From NCBI GenBank assembly GCA_965112155.1, contig OZ218108.1: 64,000 bases of DNA; one strand, 5' to 3'. The notes under the pieces were generated by a model. It saw only the letters and a list, made by a program, of their open reading frames with translations, was not told the origin of the DNA and made no database searches. This stretch comes from Podarcis liolepis. Lineage: Eukaryota. Of this stretch, positions 1-13,305 are shown piece after piece; within the stretch, counting starts at the first letter, position 1; each line of letters begins with the position of its first letter. A program made the translations under genes and the position numbers.

Positions 1-386
1 GAGTCTCAAATAACAGCTGGATGGAGATACATAAAAGCTGATATGAGCTGTTTGAAATCATGTACTCTTGTTAACATTAGATACCGGTAACAACTGAATG
101 TGTCTGTGTTGCAGCTTTTTCATGAAGGTGGAGGTAACTATGTTTTCGAATGAGAAAAATAACACACCATTCACATTAGCCATCCATGACTGCCCAATTA
201 CAGTAGTAGTTGATAAAATGTGACTGAAATAAAAACTTGTTTTATGGATTACAGCAGAATTGAAAGTCCAGGAATGGAAACAGTTTTTGATGGCTACTTC
301 TGTTCTGTCACAATTTCAACAGATTTGCTTATAACAGAATACAATAATTCTGCCTCATTCAGAGGCATGTGCCATTCTAGCTTCTA

Positions 387-628
387 CAGTGGTACCTCGG
401 GTTAAGTACTTAATTCATTCCGGAGGTCCGTTCTTAACCTGAAACTGTTCTTAACCTGAAGCACCACTTTAGCTATTGGGGCCTCCTGCTGCCGCCGCGC
501 CACCAGAGCACGATTTCTGTTCTCATCCTGAAGCAAAGTTCTTAACCTGAAGCACTATTTCTGGGTTAGCATAGTCTGTAACCTGAAGCGTATGTAACCT
601 GAAGTGTATGTAACCCAAGATACCACTG
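387..628. mobile_element. Non-autonomous Tc1/mariner (Tigger/pogo-like) MITE
   Basis: TIRs CAGTGGTACCTCGGGTTA.../...TAACCCAAGATACCACTG, TA at both flanks, internal AACCTGAAG repeats; reverse-oriented sister copy at 56861-57094. Confidence 0.85.
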
Positions 629-3600
629 TATAAGGAAAATTTAAGACTAGGCAGCATTGTACTGTAAATGTACTTACTCAGCATATTTATACCCTGCTTT
701 TTGGCCATTCCAGTTCCTCTGAGGCTGTACCTGCAGAGACTGCTGTGGCATCCCTTGTGAGATAAATCAGGCAGATCTCTCTGCTGCTAAAATGGGAGGT
801 GGGGATACCCTTGGGATTACTACACTTTCCAGCAGTTGTAAGACTTCACCTTAGGATGGGCAAAAGGAGACTACAGTACCACTCCAAAAAAACCACTTTG
901 TGCAGTGATCCTGCACAACATAGGAATTTATGCACCAGAAGAACACAGCACAGGATTAACTTTCAAAAGGATTAATATTACTCGGCATGGTGGCTCCTTC
1001 CAAAGGAACAAACACATAAAAACCACCCTGTATATTCATGCGCTTACCAAACATCACACTACATTACTCAGCCTAGTCTGGCAGCATACAATTTTATTTT
1101 AAATACCATACAATTGTATTTGAGAGTTCTAGGGTTACTCAACATTACAGTAGCATATCCATTTTTATTCATAGTTTCAATCATGCTTTCATTGTACAAA
1201 AAATATTCCTTCCCGATTTTCATAGAATGCACTCACAGAAATCTATTCTACGTTTCCATCCTTTTGATGAAAGTAGATATTTGCCTCTTCTCTTATCTCC
1301 TGTACAAAGGACATTTCCACATTTGTCCAGTTCTGATTTGAAGTCTCAAGAGCACAGCATCCTGACCAGATACTGACTAAAGGAAATACAGCCTTGAAAA
1401 AATGTGACTGGAAGACATCCCCATTATTATCTTGCCCTGAGTACTGATTTTTTTAAAAGCTTTATTAAGCCACCATTTAATAACCACTATTTAATCATTA
1501 TAATCATTCACTTATTAGTTAAGTATTTTGCTTTCCCAGCCCCATGGCACCCCTAGAGTTCAAGACAAGGAACCCTCTTTGTTGATTAGAGTTATTTCAG
1601 ACCAGCAACAATAACCATGCTGGAAAGAAAAGTACTTTGAGAGGATTACACAAGGGTTAGTTCTCAACAGCACCAAGCTGAGGAAAGCAAATTACAAACC
1701 CCCAAGTACTTCATTGCATGTAACCAAATTGGCTGGTTGAAATGCTAATTGCCTTTCAGGACCGCTAAGGGCAGACAGTGTGGCTCTGGCTTCATGGGAA
1801 TTACATGCATTTTTCTCCCCCCACTTCTCTGCACCATTGTCTTGCTGAGAAGGATTCAAAATCTATTCAGAAAGGTAGTCCCTTCCCTCAACTTTCAAAC
1901 ATGTGAGAAAGCTCTGACCGATACTTCAGATTGCTTTGGTCTGCCAAATCTATAGCAGATGGCTGAATTAGAGCCATGTTAAATCCCCACTAAAGCAGTG
2001 CAAGATCAGCCTAGGAGAAGCAACTGGGGAAAAGGAGGCCAGCTTCTTGAATCCAATGAGCGGCAGGGTCACAAACAGATTTTAATGTAATTGAACGTGA
2101 TGGAGCATATTTCTCCTCACCCCCCAATATTTAGCATACTTCAGCTCAGGGACGTTTGTTATTCTCTTTGCTATATTCAAAACCTGCAGCAATCAAAGAG
2201 GTTGCGTGTATACAGCACATCAACCTATTCTGCATTGTCACAGGAATGCAGCAGCACCATTTACTTTGTAAATAAATTTATTTCACATATGAACTGGCTG
2301 ATGTACTGAAACCGTCTTTACAAGTTTCAGTGCACTTTGCAAGTGCTTGACCAAATGTGCTATTATTACTCCATTTATGCAGCAGCCATAGGATTTTTAG
2401 CACTTTTTAATATAAAATGAGCTCTCAGGCATTCAAGCCTTCTTAAGCTGAATTCCACTTTTCCTGAAGAAGCACAACAAAGATTTTCACACTGCTGAAT
2501 TTCTCATGCAAGGACATCCAGGAATTGGATTATTTATGTAAGTGTAGCTTTATTTACATAGAGTGTCTTCATTTGGATTATGGTAGCAGAATGATCTCTG
2601 CAGTTACCTGATTTGACAGTCCCTCCGCTTTATAGAAGTGGTGTTTAGCTTTAGAATAAAAAGCTGTTTGTCTCTATATCCCTCAAAGTCTACTTTCGAC
2701 AGAAGAGTTGAAACAAAGAAATAAATTCTTATCTGGTATATAACTTGAATTGGACAGTTAGGGTGTTCAAATGTAAACAAAGGTAATGTTCTCATTGTAA
2801 CTATTTATGATACACTACATGCCCTATCTTAGTTTGAGCCTTACCTAAAAAATAGAATAAAACTAAATTGGTTCAGAAGTGGTAGGAGTGCTACTGAAAT
2901 AGGTAAGAAGTGCTCACATATGTAAACCTACACATGCGTCCAGTGATTTGGACTCTGCACAAATCAGTATTTGGACTCAGCACAGTACAAGGCTTAACAA
3001 GTTTATTATTTCTTCTTCTCGAATAATTGTATACCTTGACTCAAACAGGAATCTGAACAGTGGAAGCAACACTAATTATGGAAATTTTTGTAATTATTTC
3101 TCAAAATTTTATACCCAGTAATTTAAGAGACGAATAATTCCACAAATCCCATTTGTATGCATCTTGACAAACCAAGAGACATTTAACTCTACTCACCCAA
3201 GTAGCCACTTTCAACTAAGTAATGGGATACAAGTAATGTAACTGAAGTGTATCTGATAAGCTCTCTAAACAATATCGCATGTTCACATTTCTTCATAAAT
3301 TGGTGGGCTTTATGACATTAAATGACATTGGCTCCCAACATCTCCAGTTGAGTAACATTAGCCCTGCAAGACTGAAGGAAATATTTTCTATATACAATTG
3401 CTGACCACAATTCAGCCTGCCTTAAAAGCTCTTTGAGTCTCATTTCTTTTACTGATGAAGTTTGAATGTGCTTGCTTTTTTTTTGCTTTTAAAAAGAACA
3501 GGACAAAAGCACTTATAATCTTGTCCACATCTGTTCCATACCTGAAAGTGCACAAAGACTTAACCAAGGCTTACATTTTATTAGGCTCACTCTAACCCAT

Positions 3601-4929
3601 GCACAACTTCAGTTGTACTTGCAATTTCTGACCAAAGTTGTAGCACTCAAAACCAGAAATTTTGCTAACACTAATAAAAACCCTTACTCCCTTTTTAAGT
3701 CAATGGCAACTTTAACACCATGATTTGTGTCTGTTATCATATTGTTCAAACCTATTATCATATGGAAAGTGAACCATTATGAGCCCAAGTCATTGTGGAT
3801 AATACATTTATTTCACAACTTAAGGTACAAATTTGTGAAAGAATTACTGACTGAATCATAGACATTTGACAACAACTTTAAACAATATTTCGTTCATAGT
3901 ACCTGGTGGTCTGGTACACAATGGGACTTCTTAGCAAGTAGGCATAGGATTACAAGGCTTCAGTCTCATAGACATTTACTGGAGAGTAAGTCTCACTGAC
4001 CTGAGTGGAACTTACTTCAGAGTAAAAATACACAGTCCTGGACTACATGCTCCATTAATTTCATTAATTCCATTCAAGGGGGTTAAGCACATGCTTATTT
4101 TCCACTGAAACCAACAGCACAGTCCTGTACATGCTCACTCAGAAGTAAGCCCCAATTAGCTCATTGACTTACTCTCGGGTAAGTGTATATAGGATTGTAA
4201 CCTTACAGTCACTTAACATCATGTTCTTGATCTCTGTGTAAAAGATTTATTTCTCAGCATTTCCAGGTTAATACCTTGTTTCTGAGTTGTTGCATTCTAA
4301 ATAAGAATGGAAACTGCATGTGAAAAAGAGGAAGAATTTCATCTGTAGATGCTCTTTGTTCTATATTTTATCATTCACCTGCTTGTTGCATATTCCTGCG
4401 TTGCTAGATGATCCTCAGGGTCCCTTCCACCTCTCCAACTCTATGATCTCTATGTATAAAGCACATGTTCCCCCACAAATCCTTATCATAGCATGTAGGG
4501 GGTGTATTTACATGGCAGGAGAGACCTAAAGCAACAGGAGGGCTGAAGTTCCACATCTGAGTAATGCATAATTAAACATTATGGATTGTAGCCAAAGAAG
4601 CCGAACTAACTCAAACGAATGGACTTCAGCTAGCTTTGACTAACCTAAGCCCATTGATTTCAGAGGGTCTACTCTGTGTAGGAATGCGTCGGATGCCACC
4701 CACGAAAGAAGCCTGCCCAATCCCCATACATAGCAATTGCACTTTCTAAAGCCGAGCAAACCATTCTTAGAATGGGGGGGGGGTAGTTTCGCATTGACTC
4801 TAATTTATTGTTTTACAGCTAGCAATGCAAAACCATCGCTTCGAATGGTTGTTTCCCCCCCTCAAAAAAAAAGACTATTTTACAAGGCAGAGACATGGAA
4901 AAGCGTTAAAAAAGAGAGAGAGATGAGAA

Positions 4930-5620
4930 TTGAGGGCGGGAGGAGGACAGTGAGGCAGCGCCTCTGCTTTGCTCCCAAGGAAAAAGCGCAACCCATTAAA
5001 AGCAATGGCGAAAGGGGGACTGGGGCGCTGCGGGTTTCGTGGCGGCGCTCGGAGCCCCGGACCGTCCCCTGCAAACGAAACCCGAGAAAGCCCGCTTACT
5101 CCCAAGTAAGAGGCTCCCGGGCGGCAGGCTTCGGGCGGCGAAGCGAGGCGGGACCCTTTCCCGAGTGCAGCGCGAGGGGAAAGATGAGCGGGAAAACGCT
5201 GAGGAGAAGAGCTCGCCCGCAGCAACAGGTGCTGCAAGCGCAGCGAAAGGAGGGCAACTTTCCCACGGCCGGCCGCGAGCCCTGGCGAGGCACCTACCTA
5301 CCTAGACCCGGGGATGTGGACATGGGCGTCCCGTGGACTCGCTGGCTCGCTCGCTCGCGCCCTGTCACTCACGCCGGCATGCTGCCGCGTCCCGTCATGG
5401 CCAGCCCTCCGACGGCTCACGGGCGCGTTGCAGCCTGGACCCTCCTCCCCTCCTCCTCCTGATGCTCCTCCACCTCGTCGTCGTCTTCCTCTCAGCTCTC
5501 GCGGCGGCTGGGAGGAGACAAGGGGGCCACCCACCCCGCGGCCCCTTCGTGAGGGGACTGGCCGCAGGCGAGGCGGGAAGGAGAGTCGCCCTCCCTCGCG
5601 CCGACGGCATTCAGGCTTCT
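4930..5620. promoter_or_regulatory. CpG island covering ADGRV1 promoter/exon 1
   Basis: Abrupt GC/CpG enrichment surrounding the ADGRV1 start codon; boundaries approximate. Confidence 0.85.
5302..5323 (-). CDS. ADGRV1: Adhesion GPCR V1 (VLGR1/GPR98), coding exon 1 only
   Basis: ATGTCCACATCCCCGGGTCTAG|GTAGGT gives 22 coding nt (MSTSPGL+G), the same length and phase as the recalled mammalian exon 1 (MSVFLGPG). It lies in a CpG island, divergent from LYSMD3 as in the conserved block. Further exons lie left of the window. Confidence 0.7.
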
Positions 5621-5750
5621 TGATTGGGACTGAGCTGAGCCTGGGGCTTTTCAAAGGGATTCAGCAGCAGCCCTGGAAAAGGGAGTCATCTAGGAAAGAA
5701 GAGGGCGCTTGAGCATGTGCAGAGTGTTCCCTCAGGTCTTGCCAAGTGAC

Positions 5751-5752
<2 letters not shown>

Positions 5753-5795
<43 letters not shown>
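5753..5795. repeat. (TAT)n microsatellite
   Basis: About 14 tandem TAT units. Confidence 0.95.
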
Positions 5796-5816
5796 GCAAA
5801 ATAAAAGTACCACCAA

Positions 5817-5977
5817 TATAGGAGTCAACTCCTAGAGGAGTACCCCCAATAAAGTCTTTGAGGGGGCCACCACCCCCAGTTTATGAGCATTGCCATTCAA
5901 ATGGTGTGCATGCACTGCGTCATGTGATCAATTATTGGGACCCCCCCCCCAATATTTTGTTCAAGTTGGCATCCCTG
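5817..5977. mobile_element. hAT-type MITE
   Basis: Exact 8-bp TSD ACCACCAA (5809-5816, 5978-5985); imperfect TIRs TATAGGAGTCAACT / AGTTGGCATCCCTG. Confidence 0.75.
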
Positions 5978-6021
5978 ACCACCAATATTAATGTGTGTGT
6001 GTGTTGCAGAGACTCTAGATA

Positions 6022-6506
6022 CACTGTTACCTTGGTTCTCAAACTTAATCTGTTCCATAAGTTTGTTCCAAAACCAAAGCATTCCAAAACCAAGGCACAC
6101 TTTCCCATAGAAAGTAATGCAAAATGGATTAATCCGTTCCAGACTTTTAAAAACAACCCTTAAAACAGCAATTTAACATGCATTGCACTATCTAACGAGA
6201 CCATTGATCCATAAAATGAAAGCAATAAACCATGTACTGCAGGCACACAATCAATCAATCAGTAGCTGAACTGGGTTCCACACAGTCACAAAAACAAAAC
6301 AAAAAGAGCCGCAAAAACAAAAACTCAAAATAAATAGTAGAAACAGACAGACTTCAACATAACACTCAAATCGGAAGCGTAACACTTTTATGGAGCATGT
6401 TCAGCTTCCAAAAACAGTTTGCAAAGGAACACTTACTTCCAGGTTTGCAGTGTTTGGATTCTAAGTTGTTTGAGTACCAAGGCGTTTGAGAAACAGGGTA
6501 CCACTG
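6022..6506. mobile_element. Degenerate Tigger/pogo-like non-autonomous DNA transposon
   Basis: TA-flanked TIRs CACTGTTACCTTGGTTCTCAAAC / GTTTGAGAAACAGGGTACCACTG. Confidence 0.7.
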
Positions 6507-6712
6507 TATATTCTTTCAGGAGTTGACTTTAGTTCAAGGAACCTCTCTCTCTCTCTCTTTCTTTCTTTCAAGTGTTACCGGTACTTTCCACCTAAGGAAA
6601 ATGTGGTTCTCCGGCAAGGTAGTTCAGTCAGTGTCATAGGAGCCAAGAGGCCAAGGTTCCCCAAAGTTGAGGGGCATTGCCATTCAAATGGTGTGTATGT
6701 GTCCTGTCTTGT

Positions 6713-7056
6713 CATAGGCGCCGACTCCATGGGGCCTGAGGGGGCCCGAGCCCCCTCAAAAATTCGTTTGGGGGGGCTCTGCCCCCCCAATAATCTCGGG
6801 CGCCCCTCCAGCAGAGCGCCACCGCCGCCCCTCCCCCAGCCCAAAATGCACAGGGTCGGGCTGCATGCCTCCTGCCCTCCCTCCCGAGCAAAAGCTCCAC
6901 CCAATTTCCTTCGGAGCTGATTAATAGGCGCAGCACGCTCTCCCCTATTCGCTCACGAGGAGGCGGCGCCACTTTATCTGCATATTCATGAGCTTATTTA
7001 TTATTCACGAGCTTTCCCGGCCCCCCCCCAATATTTTTTATAAGTCGGCGCCCCTG
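6713..7056. mobile_element. GC-rich hAT-type MITE nested in an older element related to 5817-5977
   Basis: TIRs CATAGGCGCCGACT / AGTCGGCGCCCCTG; CTTGT duplicated at both flanks; flanking sequence (GCCATTCAAATGGTGTG...TGTGATC) matches the 5817 element. Confidence 0.65.
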
Positions 7057-9503
7057 CTTGTGATCGATTATGCAGGGCGGGGTTTACCTGGAAAGCCCCC
7101 ACCCCAGCCAATGGACTTATTTCATTCGTCATATGGGATGCAGTTGTGAGACAGGTATGGGCCCTGCTGGATGGCGCCACTCTCTGACAGAAAAAAACTG
7201 AATCGCTTCTGGCATGAGGGGAGTTGTTTGTTTTTGTATTTCTTGTTTTATTAAATTTCTCTTTTGTGACCTTATTCAAAAGGTGTATTGTTGAAAAACC
7301 AATTAAGAACCCTGACAAAAAGAAATAGTGGATGTTAGATTGCAAAGTCTGCAATTTAATTTTTGTTTTGATGACTGCCTGTAAAACTCTGGCAACCACC
7401 TCTGCTTGCATATTGTGTAATCCCTCCCCTAGAAAACAAAACAAAATTTAAAAGTTTATGCCATTAAAAAACGTGTTAGGACTTTTTAACAGAGACTGGG
7501 AACATACATTCTCCACTTAAAAACAATGTGATGATACAAAGTATCTGAGGCTTCTCCAGTTGTTGTCTTGAAAGTATCAGGCTGATCTTAATGTTTATTG
7601 AGACATACACTATATTTTTATCAATAGGATGTCGTTGCGAGTGAGTGCATTTATATTGCAACTGGTCCAGCAAAGGAAAATTTAATTGACAAGACTCTTT
7701 TTGCTAAATGTTGGCTTTCTGCCAAGTTCCTCAAATTCAGTGAGTTTTATTATTCTTGGTGATAATAGAAGCAATACTACATGCAGCCTCACTACGACAA
7801 TTTTATTTTTCTCTTTGCTTATTGAGGAACAGTGCCCGTGTTTACAGTGATTTTTCTACTACATTGCTGCTTTTCTGAGATGGACAAATGCTTTATGTCA
7901 TACAAGGCCTGGTCAGTGTCAACAGGAGCCTGTCGTTATCATCCCCCAACCTCTTCTTCCTGCCCTTCTGTCTGAAAGGTTATTGCTGCCTGACACAAGG
8001 CACTCCAAAGCCATTCCTGAAGACTCCACATGCTGCCTGCATAGCAGTTTAAACCTCTACAGATCTTAAGGGTGAAAATTAGATGGTCTCATCTTGCTTT
8101 AAAATATGTCCTCTCCAGCTCAGCTTTGATTTCGCCTTTAAAAGAAATTTGTTGTTAATACGGAAGATATAGCAAGAATAGGTCCTAATTGTGTGGTTAG
8201 ACATTCCCTTTCCTTCTTTGTACTGAGCTGCACACTTTGAAAAATGCCTCAGAGGAGGACAAAACACAACTGAAAGCAGCAGCAGCGGCCTCCAGTTTGT
8301 TTGTTTGTTTTCAAGTCTTGCCTTTTTCCTTTTACTGGCATGGCATGAATGAAGACAGAAGACAAGGGGGACTTGAAAGAAAAACGTGGGCGGAGGAAAG
8401 GAGCTTAGAGAAGGAAAGAGTGACTAACACTGCTTGATCTTAATAGGTTATGTGCTAAGCAATAATAATAAAAAAAGACCACAGGGTTGTGTGCAGCGAC
8501 TGCTTTTCCAGCACAACTTCACAAGCCTTGGCATTGTACCAAAAAGTTGGTGTAAGATCCTGTGAAGCAGAGTGCGGGTGGTCCAAAAGAAGGGTGCCAT
8601 TGAATTTCATCCCAGGGGGTCTTATGAGAGCATGAACACCAAACACAGAACAACTATATGCCAATATACATCGCTTTGCGTGCCGGTACCAAGGTTGTGG
8701 GAAGCAATCAAAAAGTCACTGCCAGCCCTGTATAGTTATGAGTGACCAGCCATGTTCTGTGCATTGATAATTATGGGCTCCCAAGAGACTGGTGATATAG
8801 CACACAACATGATATGTGCAGATTTCACAATAGTGATAAATGTTAAATGACGAATTATTAAAAGAAAAGTGTTTTGTAGGAAGTTCTGATGATGAAAAGT
8901 AAGAGATGTTCCTCTGTCAAGAAGGGTATTTGGGTGGCTTGAATATTATACAGCAGGCAGTTTCTTGATTTTATTGGCAGATATTATTGAAATAACTTGT
9001 CTTTGTTGTGAAGGACTTGGCAGGAAAGTTATGTGCCCCAATATCAAAGGAAAGTTTCGTGATAGATATCAAAGAAATTTTCCCAATGAAGACAAGGGAA
9101 TTTGTAAATAAGGGTTCTGAAGGATAGCACAGTTCAGAATATGAGCATAGTGGACATTTTACAAAGAGGATGTTTCATAAATACAATGGATTGTTTTGTG
9201 TTGAGTTCTTAGACACTTGTCACAATAACCCATATAATGGTGAAGAAAGGACATGTTGTTCTCAAGCTCTTTGGAAGTTTTATGTTGTAACTATCTGCAA
9301 AGAATGAGAAGAAGAATTCACAACATTGCCAACCACAAACAGATTTCCACAGTGAGACTGTAATGGTCAAAGAATAATAGCAATGGCCACTTACCAGACA
9401 ATGGAGAGGATTTAGCAATAATTGCTTCTTTCCCACCTGCATCAATACAGGGTAGTAGCAAATACAAATGTGAATGTTCGATATATTATTAGTAGTAGTA
9501 TTA

Positions 9504-9665
9504 CCATATTTACATGAATCTAATGTGCACCTCAATTTAGAAAACCTTGAAACCAAACAAGTATTTGCTGGTAAATTTAAATGCTCCATCAAATCCAATG
9601 CGGACCCTAATTTTCAAGACATAATTTGGCCAAAAAAGGTGTGCGTGACATTTGAATAAATACAG
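9504..9665. mobile_element. Old Tc2-like MITE remnant
   Basis: Degenerate TIRs (TA)CCATATTTAC...GTGCAC / GTGCGTG...AATAAATACAG(TA). Confidence 0.45.
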
Positions 9666-9999
9666 TATTATTATTATTGTTGTTATTATTATTAAATTTG
9701 TATACAACCCTTCATCTGAAGATCACAGGGCAGTTCACAATTAATCAATTTTGCAAGCAGATGCTTCTGCCCAACTTCTTTTACACTTTTGAAGAGAAAC
9801 TAAAGAAGGAGAATAGACAAGTCTTTCCCCCTTTAGCATTTCCATCAAGTGACATTTCAGCAGCAGAAATATCTTAAAGAAATCTTTGCTTAGCACCAAG
9901 ATAAATTATGCATTCATTGCATTCTGAGTCCAAAACCTAATTGCTCCATGCAGTGGTTAGTGTTTAAACTAAATGAACTGAGTGGAGATGGCACATAAT

Positions 10000-10345
10000 A
10001 ATATAAGAACATACGAAGCGCCTGCTGAATCAGGTCAGTGACCCATCTTCTCCAGCATCCTGATCTCACCATGGCCAACCAGATACCTATGAGCAGGGAT
10101 GGATTTAGGGGAGTGTGAATGGTTCAGTCACACTGGGCACACATCCTTGGGGGCACTGCAGGCGGCATCACATCGATGATGCATAATGGAAGGTGAGAGG
10201 TGGGAGGGTGCTAAATTTTGGCGTTGTCCAGAGTGCCACTGAAATTTGAGACCAAGGTACTCCACTGCTATGAGAAACCCACAAGCAGGACCTGAGAATG
10301 AGAGCACTCTCTTTCAGCAACTGGTCCTCAGAAGCATTACTGCCT
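10000..10345 (-). mobile_element. CR1 LINE 3' end interrupted by a hAT-like insertion (10094-10267)
   Basis: CR1-type tail (CTGCTGAATCAGG...CCAGCATCCTG...); insert flanked by duplicated CTATGAG. Confidence 0.55.
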
Positions 10346-10904
10346 ATTTATTTTAAACAGCAAAACATCCGCATCTACAAATGGGCAATGAAGTCAGCCC
10401 TACCTTGAGGTGCAGCAAGCCAGCTACCAAATGTGGCAATTTTGGATGCCCTTGAAAGGATGTCAAGTTGTCAGTTACTTAATATTTCTGTGTATGTCTT
10501 TATTGCAGTTTAAATACTTTGAGTTGTATCCAAAGGTAATGTAAGCAACAGGCAGCTTGCTCAGCCAAGCTTTCTCTCCAGCCCCCTGTACCCTCCCCAG
10601 AAAAGCCTGTTCAGAGGGTTAGAAGGACCTGCTAAGCACTGTGGTTTGTGAAGCATGGGGTTGTGGTGGGAGGAGAGAGATCCCGTGAAACTGGGCAGGA
10701 TAATCTTACATGAGCCATGTGTGTGCGCGCGTGCACACTCTTAAAAAGAACATACATAACAAACTTCTTAAGTGTTTTAAAATTAATTCTTGGTGTGTGG
10801 GTGGGTGTGTTTCACATGAAGTTATTTATTAACTTATGCCACTCTTATAGTCTTCTTCATTATTGTTATCAGTGTGGACTCCGCTGTTGGAAGAAATAAA
10901 CCTT

Positions 10905-11052
10905 TGGATATCAGTTGCTAGAGATAGCAAATGCAGACGGTGTCAGATCCTGCTTGCAAGCTTCCCGGGGGCATCTGGATGACCACTGAGAGAACAGGAT
11001 GCCAGACTAAATGGGCCTTTGGCCTGACTCAGGAGGGTTATTATATTCTTGA
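10905..11052 (+). mobile_element. CR1 LINE 3' tail fragment
   Basis: GAACAGGATGCCAGACTAAATGGGCCTTTGGCCTGA...TTATATTCTT, typical amniote CR1 3' end. Confidence 0.6.
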
Positions 11053-11608
11053 TGGTTTGAAACTTAAATAAATATTATAGTCCTCAAGGAGATCTTATCG
11101 CAATTCTGCAGAATCAAGATAAGTTATGCTGCCACAACTCTAAACCATTTCACCTTTCTCAATAACGAACAATTCAACCTATAAAGTAGTTAAGGTTTGT
11201 TATAACAAGATAACTGGTCTGAAACATTAATTAATATAGTAAAGAAATCAGCAGCGCTGACATGCCCCACACCGTGGGTGCCCAGTGCATGTGTGACAAA
11301 CTGAGATGTGATGACTTAGCCCCATAAGAGAGTCTTCCAAAGCCTTATAAACAAGGAGAGCTTAAAAGCTCTGCACCTTGCTTGCAAGGTAAGACCCATT
11401 TGGTGTGCTGGGTCTAGAAGTTAAGATTGCTCATGCAGATGTGATGTGACAATTTCAATGTATATGCTCCATCCCAGGAAAGTAATCCCTGCAGAAGATG
11501 CGAACTCACTGTACTCACCATCACACTTATTTATTTTATTGCATCTTTTTTTATTATGGAGAGAGCCTCATTTGATAAGTGACCAAAAGGTTTGAGCTGA
11601 CCCTAGGG

Positions 11609-11746
11609 CAGGGGTGAAGAACATGTGGTTCTTCAGATGCTGTTGGACTATGTCTCCCATCATCCCTTACCATTGGCCATGCTGGCTGGGGCTCATTGGT
11701 GGTCAAGTCCCATAACATTTGGAGGAGTGCAGAGTCCATACCCCTG
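11609..11746. mobile_element. Palindromic hAT-Charlie-like MITE (~135 bp family)
   Basis: CAGGGG...CCCCTG ends, CCCTAG-type TSD, CCCATCATCCC...GGGAGTTGTAGTCC core; related copies near 16285-16390, 28725-28860, 31093-31197, 46159-46296, 51408-51547, 58020-58100. Confidence 0.75.
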
Positions 11747-11820
11747 CCCTAGCAGATAACATATAAATAAGTACATTACCACACCATTTGTATTAGCTAG
11801 CAACATGTCATGTTTTCTTG

Positions 11821-11964
11821 TTACAGATAGGTAGCCGTGTTGGTCTGCCATAGTCAAAATAAAAAAATTCCTTCCAGTAGCACCTTAAAGACCAACTAAG
11901 TTAGTTCTTGGTATGAGCTTTCGTGTAGTTGGTCTTTAAGGTGCTACTGGAAGGAATTTTTTTA
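11821..11964. mobile_element. Penelope-like retroelement remnant with inverted arms
   Basis: 13-bp direct flanks TCATGTTTTCTTG; 39-bp perfect inverted arms containing GTCTTTAAGGTGCTAC, a motif recalled from reptile Penelope ends. Confidence 0.65.
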
Positions 11965-13305
11965 TCATGTTTTCTTGGCATTTCTTGGCATTTCTTGTTG
12001 CTTCAGTGGTCCTACACATATACTGGGTTTCCTCATATGCTTTTTTCATCACAAATAGGTTGTTCTAGCAGATAAATACACCTTACTCCACCAAGCAACA
12101 TGATTGCATCCCATGGGATTTTTATTGAGACCAATGCATATTATGAGTGCATGGACTGAAATGCAGTCCGATTATAATTCCTCCCATGCCACCGCCACAA
12201 GACCTAATCAGATTAACACTGTAAGTTATATGAAAAGTGTGGAATGCTACTACCTCTTTGCCTCTGCTTCAATATTTCATTCATTTTCTGCTTGATTTTT
12301 CATTTTAATAAAATGATATAAAGTGGCTTTTCTTACAAAATACGTTAATATATTAAAGGCAAACTTTTCAAGAGCTGGAAATGCTTTGATTGTGAGAAAA
12401 AAATAAAGTTTGAAGTGGTCATTAGTAAAACTTTGCAAAAAAAGGGGGGGGAATCACTTGAAGCAAATGAAAAAAAAAGCTTTAATTTGGCCAGGAGCAA
12501 CATATGTCTCAGGGTACTTTCTTTGTGTACACAAAGTAAAATTAGGAGAAACAGCACTATCTAAAATCCGCGTCAGACTGCCTACAATGATCTTGATCTT
12601 TTAAGTTGCTCCCTCTTTATACGCACCATGTGTGGCGCTTCCCTGTGGTTTGTTATTTTTCTTCAATAGCAGGAGGAGGAAACGAACAATGCTCGGCAAC
12701 CACACTGCATAGCGCAGGGTAACCATGGAAGCATTTGTCCACTTGCTAGGGCCTCTCCAGAGTGATCCAGCCATTCATTTCATTGAATCAATATTGAAGC
12801 TTTTAAGGATTTATTATTCGGGAGCTGGGACAAAACCAATGAAACCAAAAAAGACTGGCTTCTTTTTTTCTCCCCATTCAATCCGTTTGGTCATGTTAAA
12901 CATATTTGTATCTTGCAAACTCTTTTAGTTTCTTGCAGGATGAGCTACATTATGGCTTATGAAGAGTCGTAAGATGTTGGCATTAACATTCCTGATACTC
13001 CGTGAAAGGAAATCTATGGATTTCTCAAGCATTCGGCCAGTCTTGTAAAAAGGAGGAGTCCGATGCGGACACAAAAGGGGCAAAAGAATGGGGGTGGAGC
13101 AAATCTGAATTAAAATGCACAAGGAAAGCTTTTAAAAACATTTTGCTTATTTTGGAAGGCCCCTTCCACCCCTGCACACACTGTTGAACTATGCTGTCAC
13201 CTCTGAGCTTTTTTGAAAAGGGCTTTCCAAACATTTAAAATAAAATAATAGATTTCTAAGGCTATATATATTGACTGTGTTTGAACGTCATAGTAGCATA
13301 GTTGA

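Noticed and set aside
3300-3390. Minus-strand RANVT motif resembling ADGRV1 exon 2 (PANVT)
   Set aside because: Flanking residues do not match and an in-frame stop follows; exon 2 most likely lies outside the window
4737-5712. Cluster of long overlapping ORFs (up to 241 aa)
   Set aside because: Arg/Pro/Gly-rich, stop-poor by-products of the ADGRV1 CpG island; no recognisable domain
12719-12732. X-box-like GTAACCATGGAAGC between ADGRV1 and LYSMD3
   Set aside because: Imperfect half-site far from either promoter; not distinguishable from chance without conservation data
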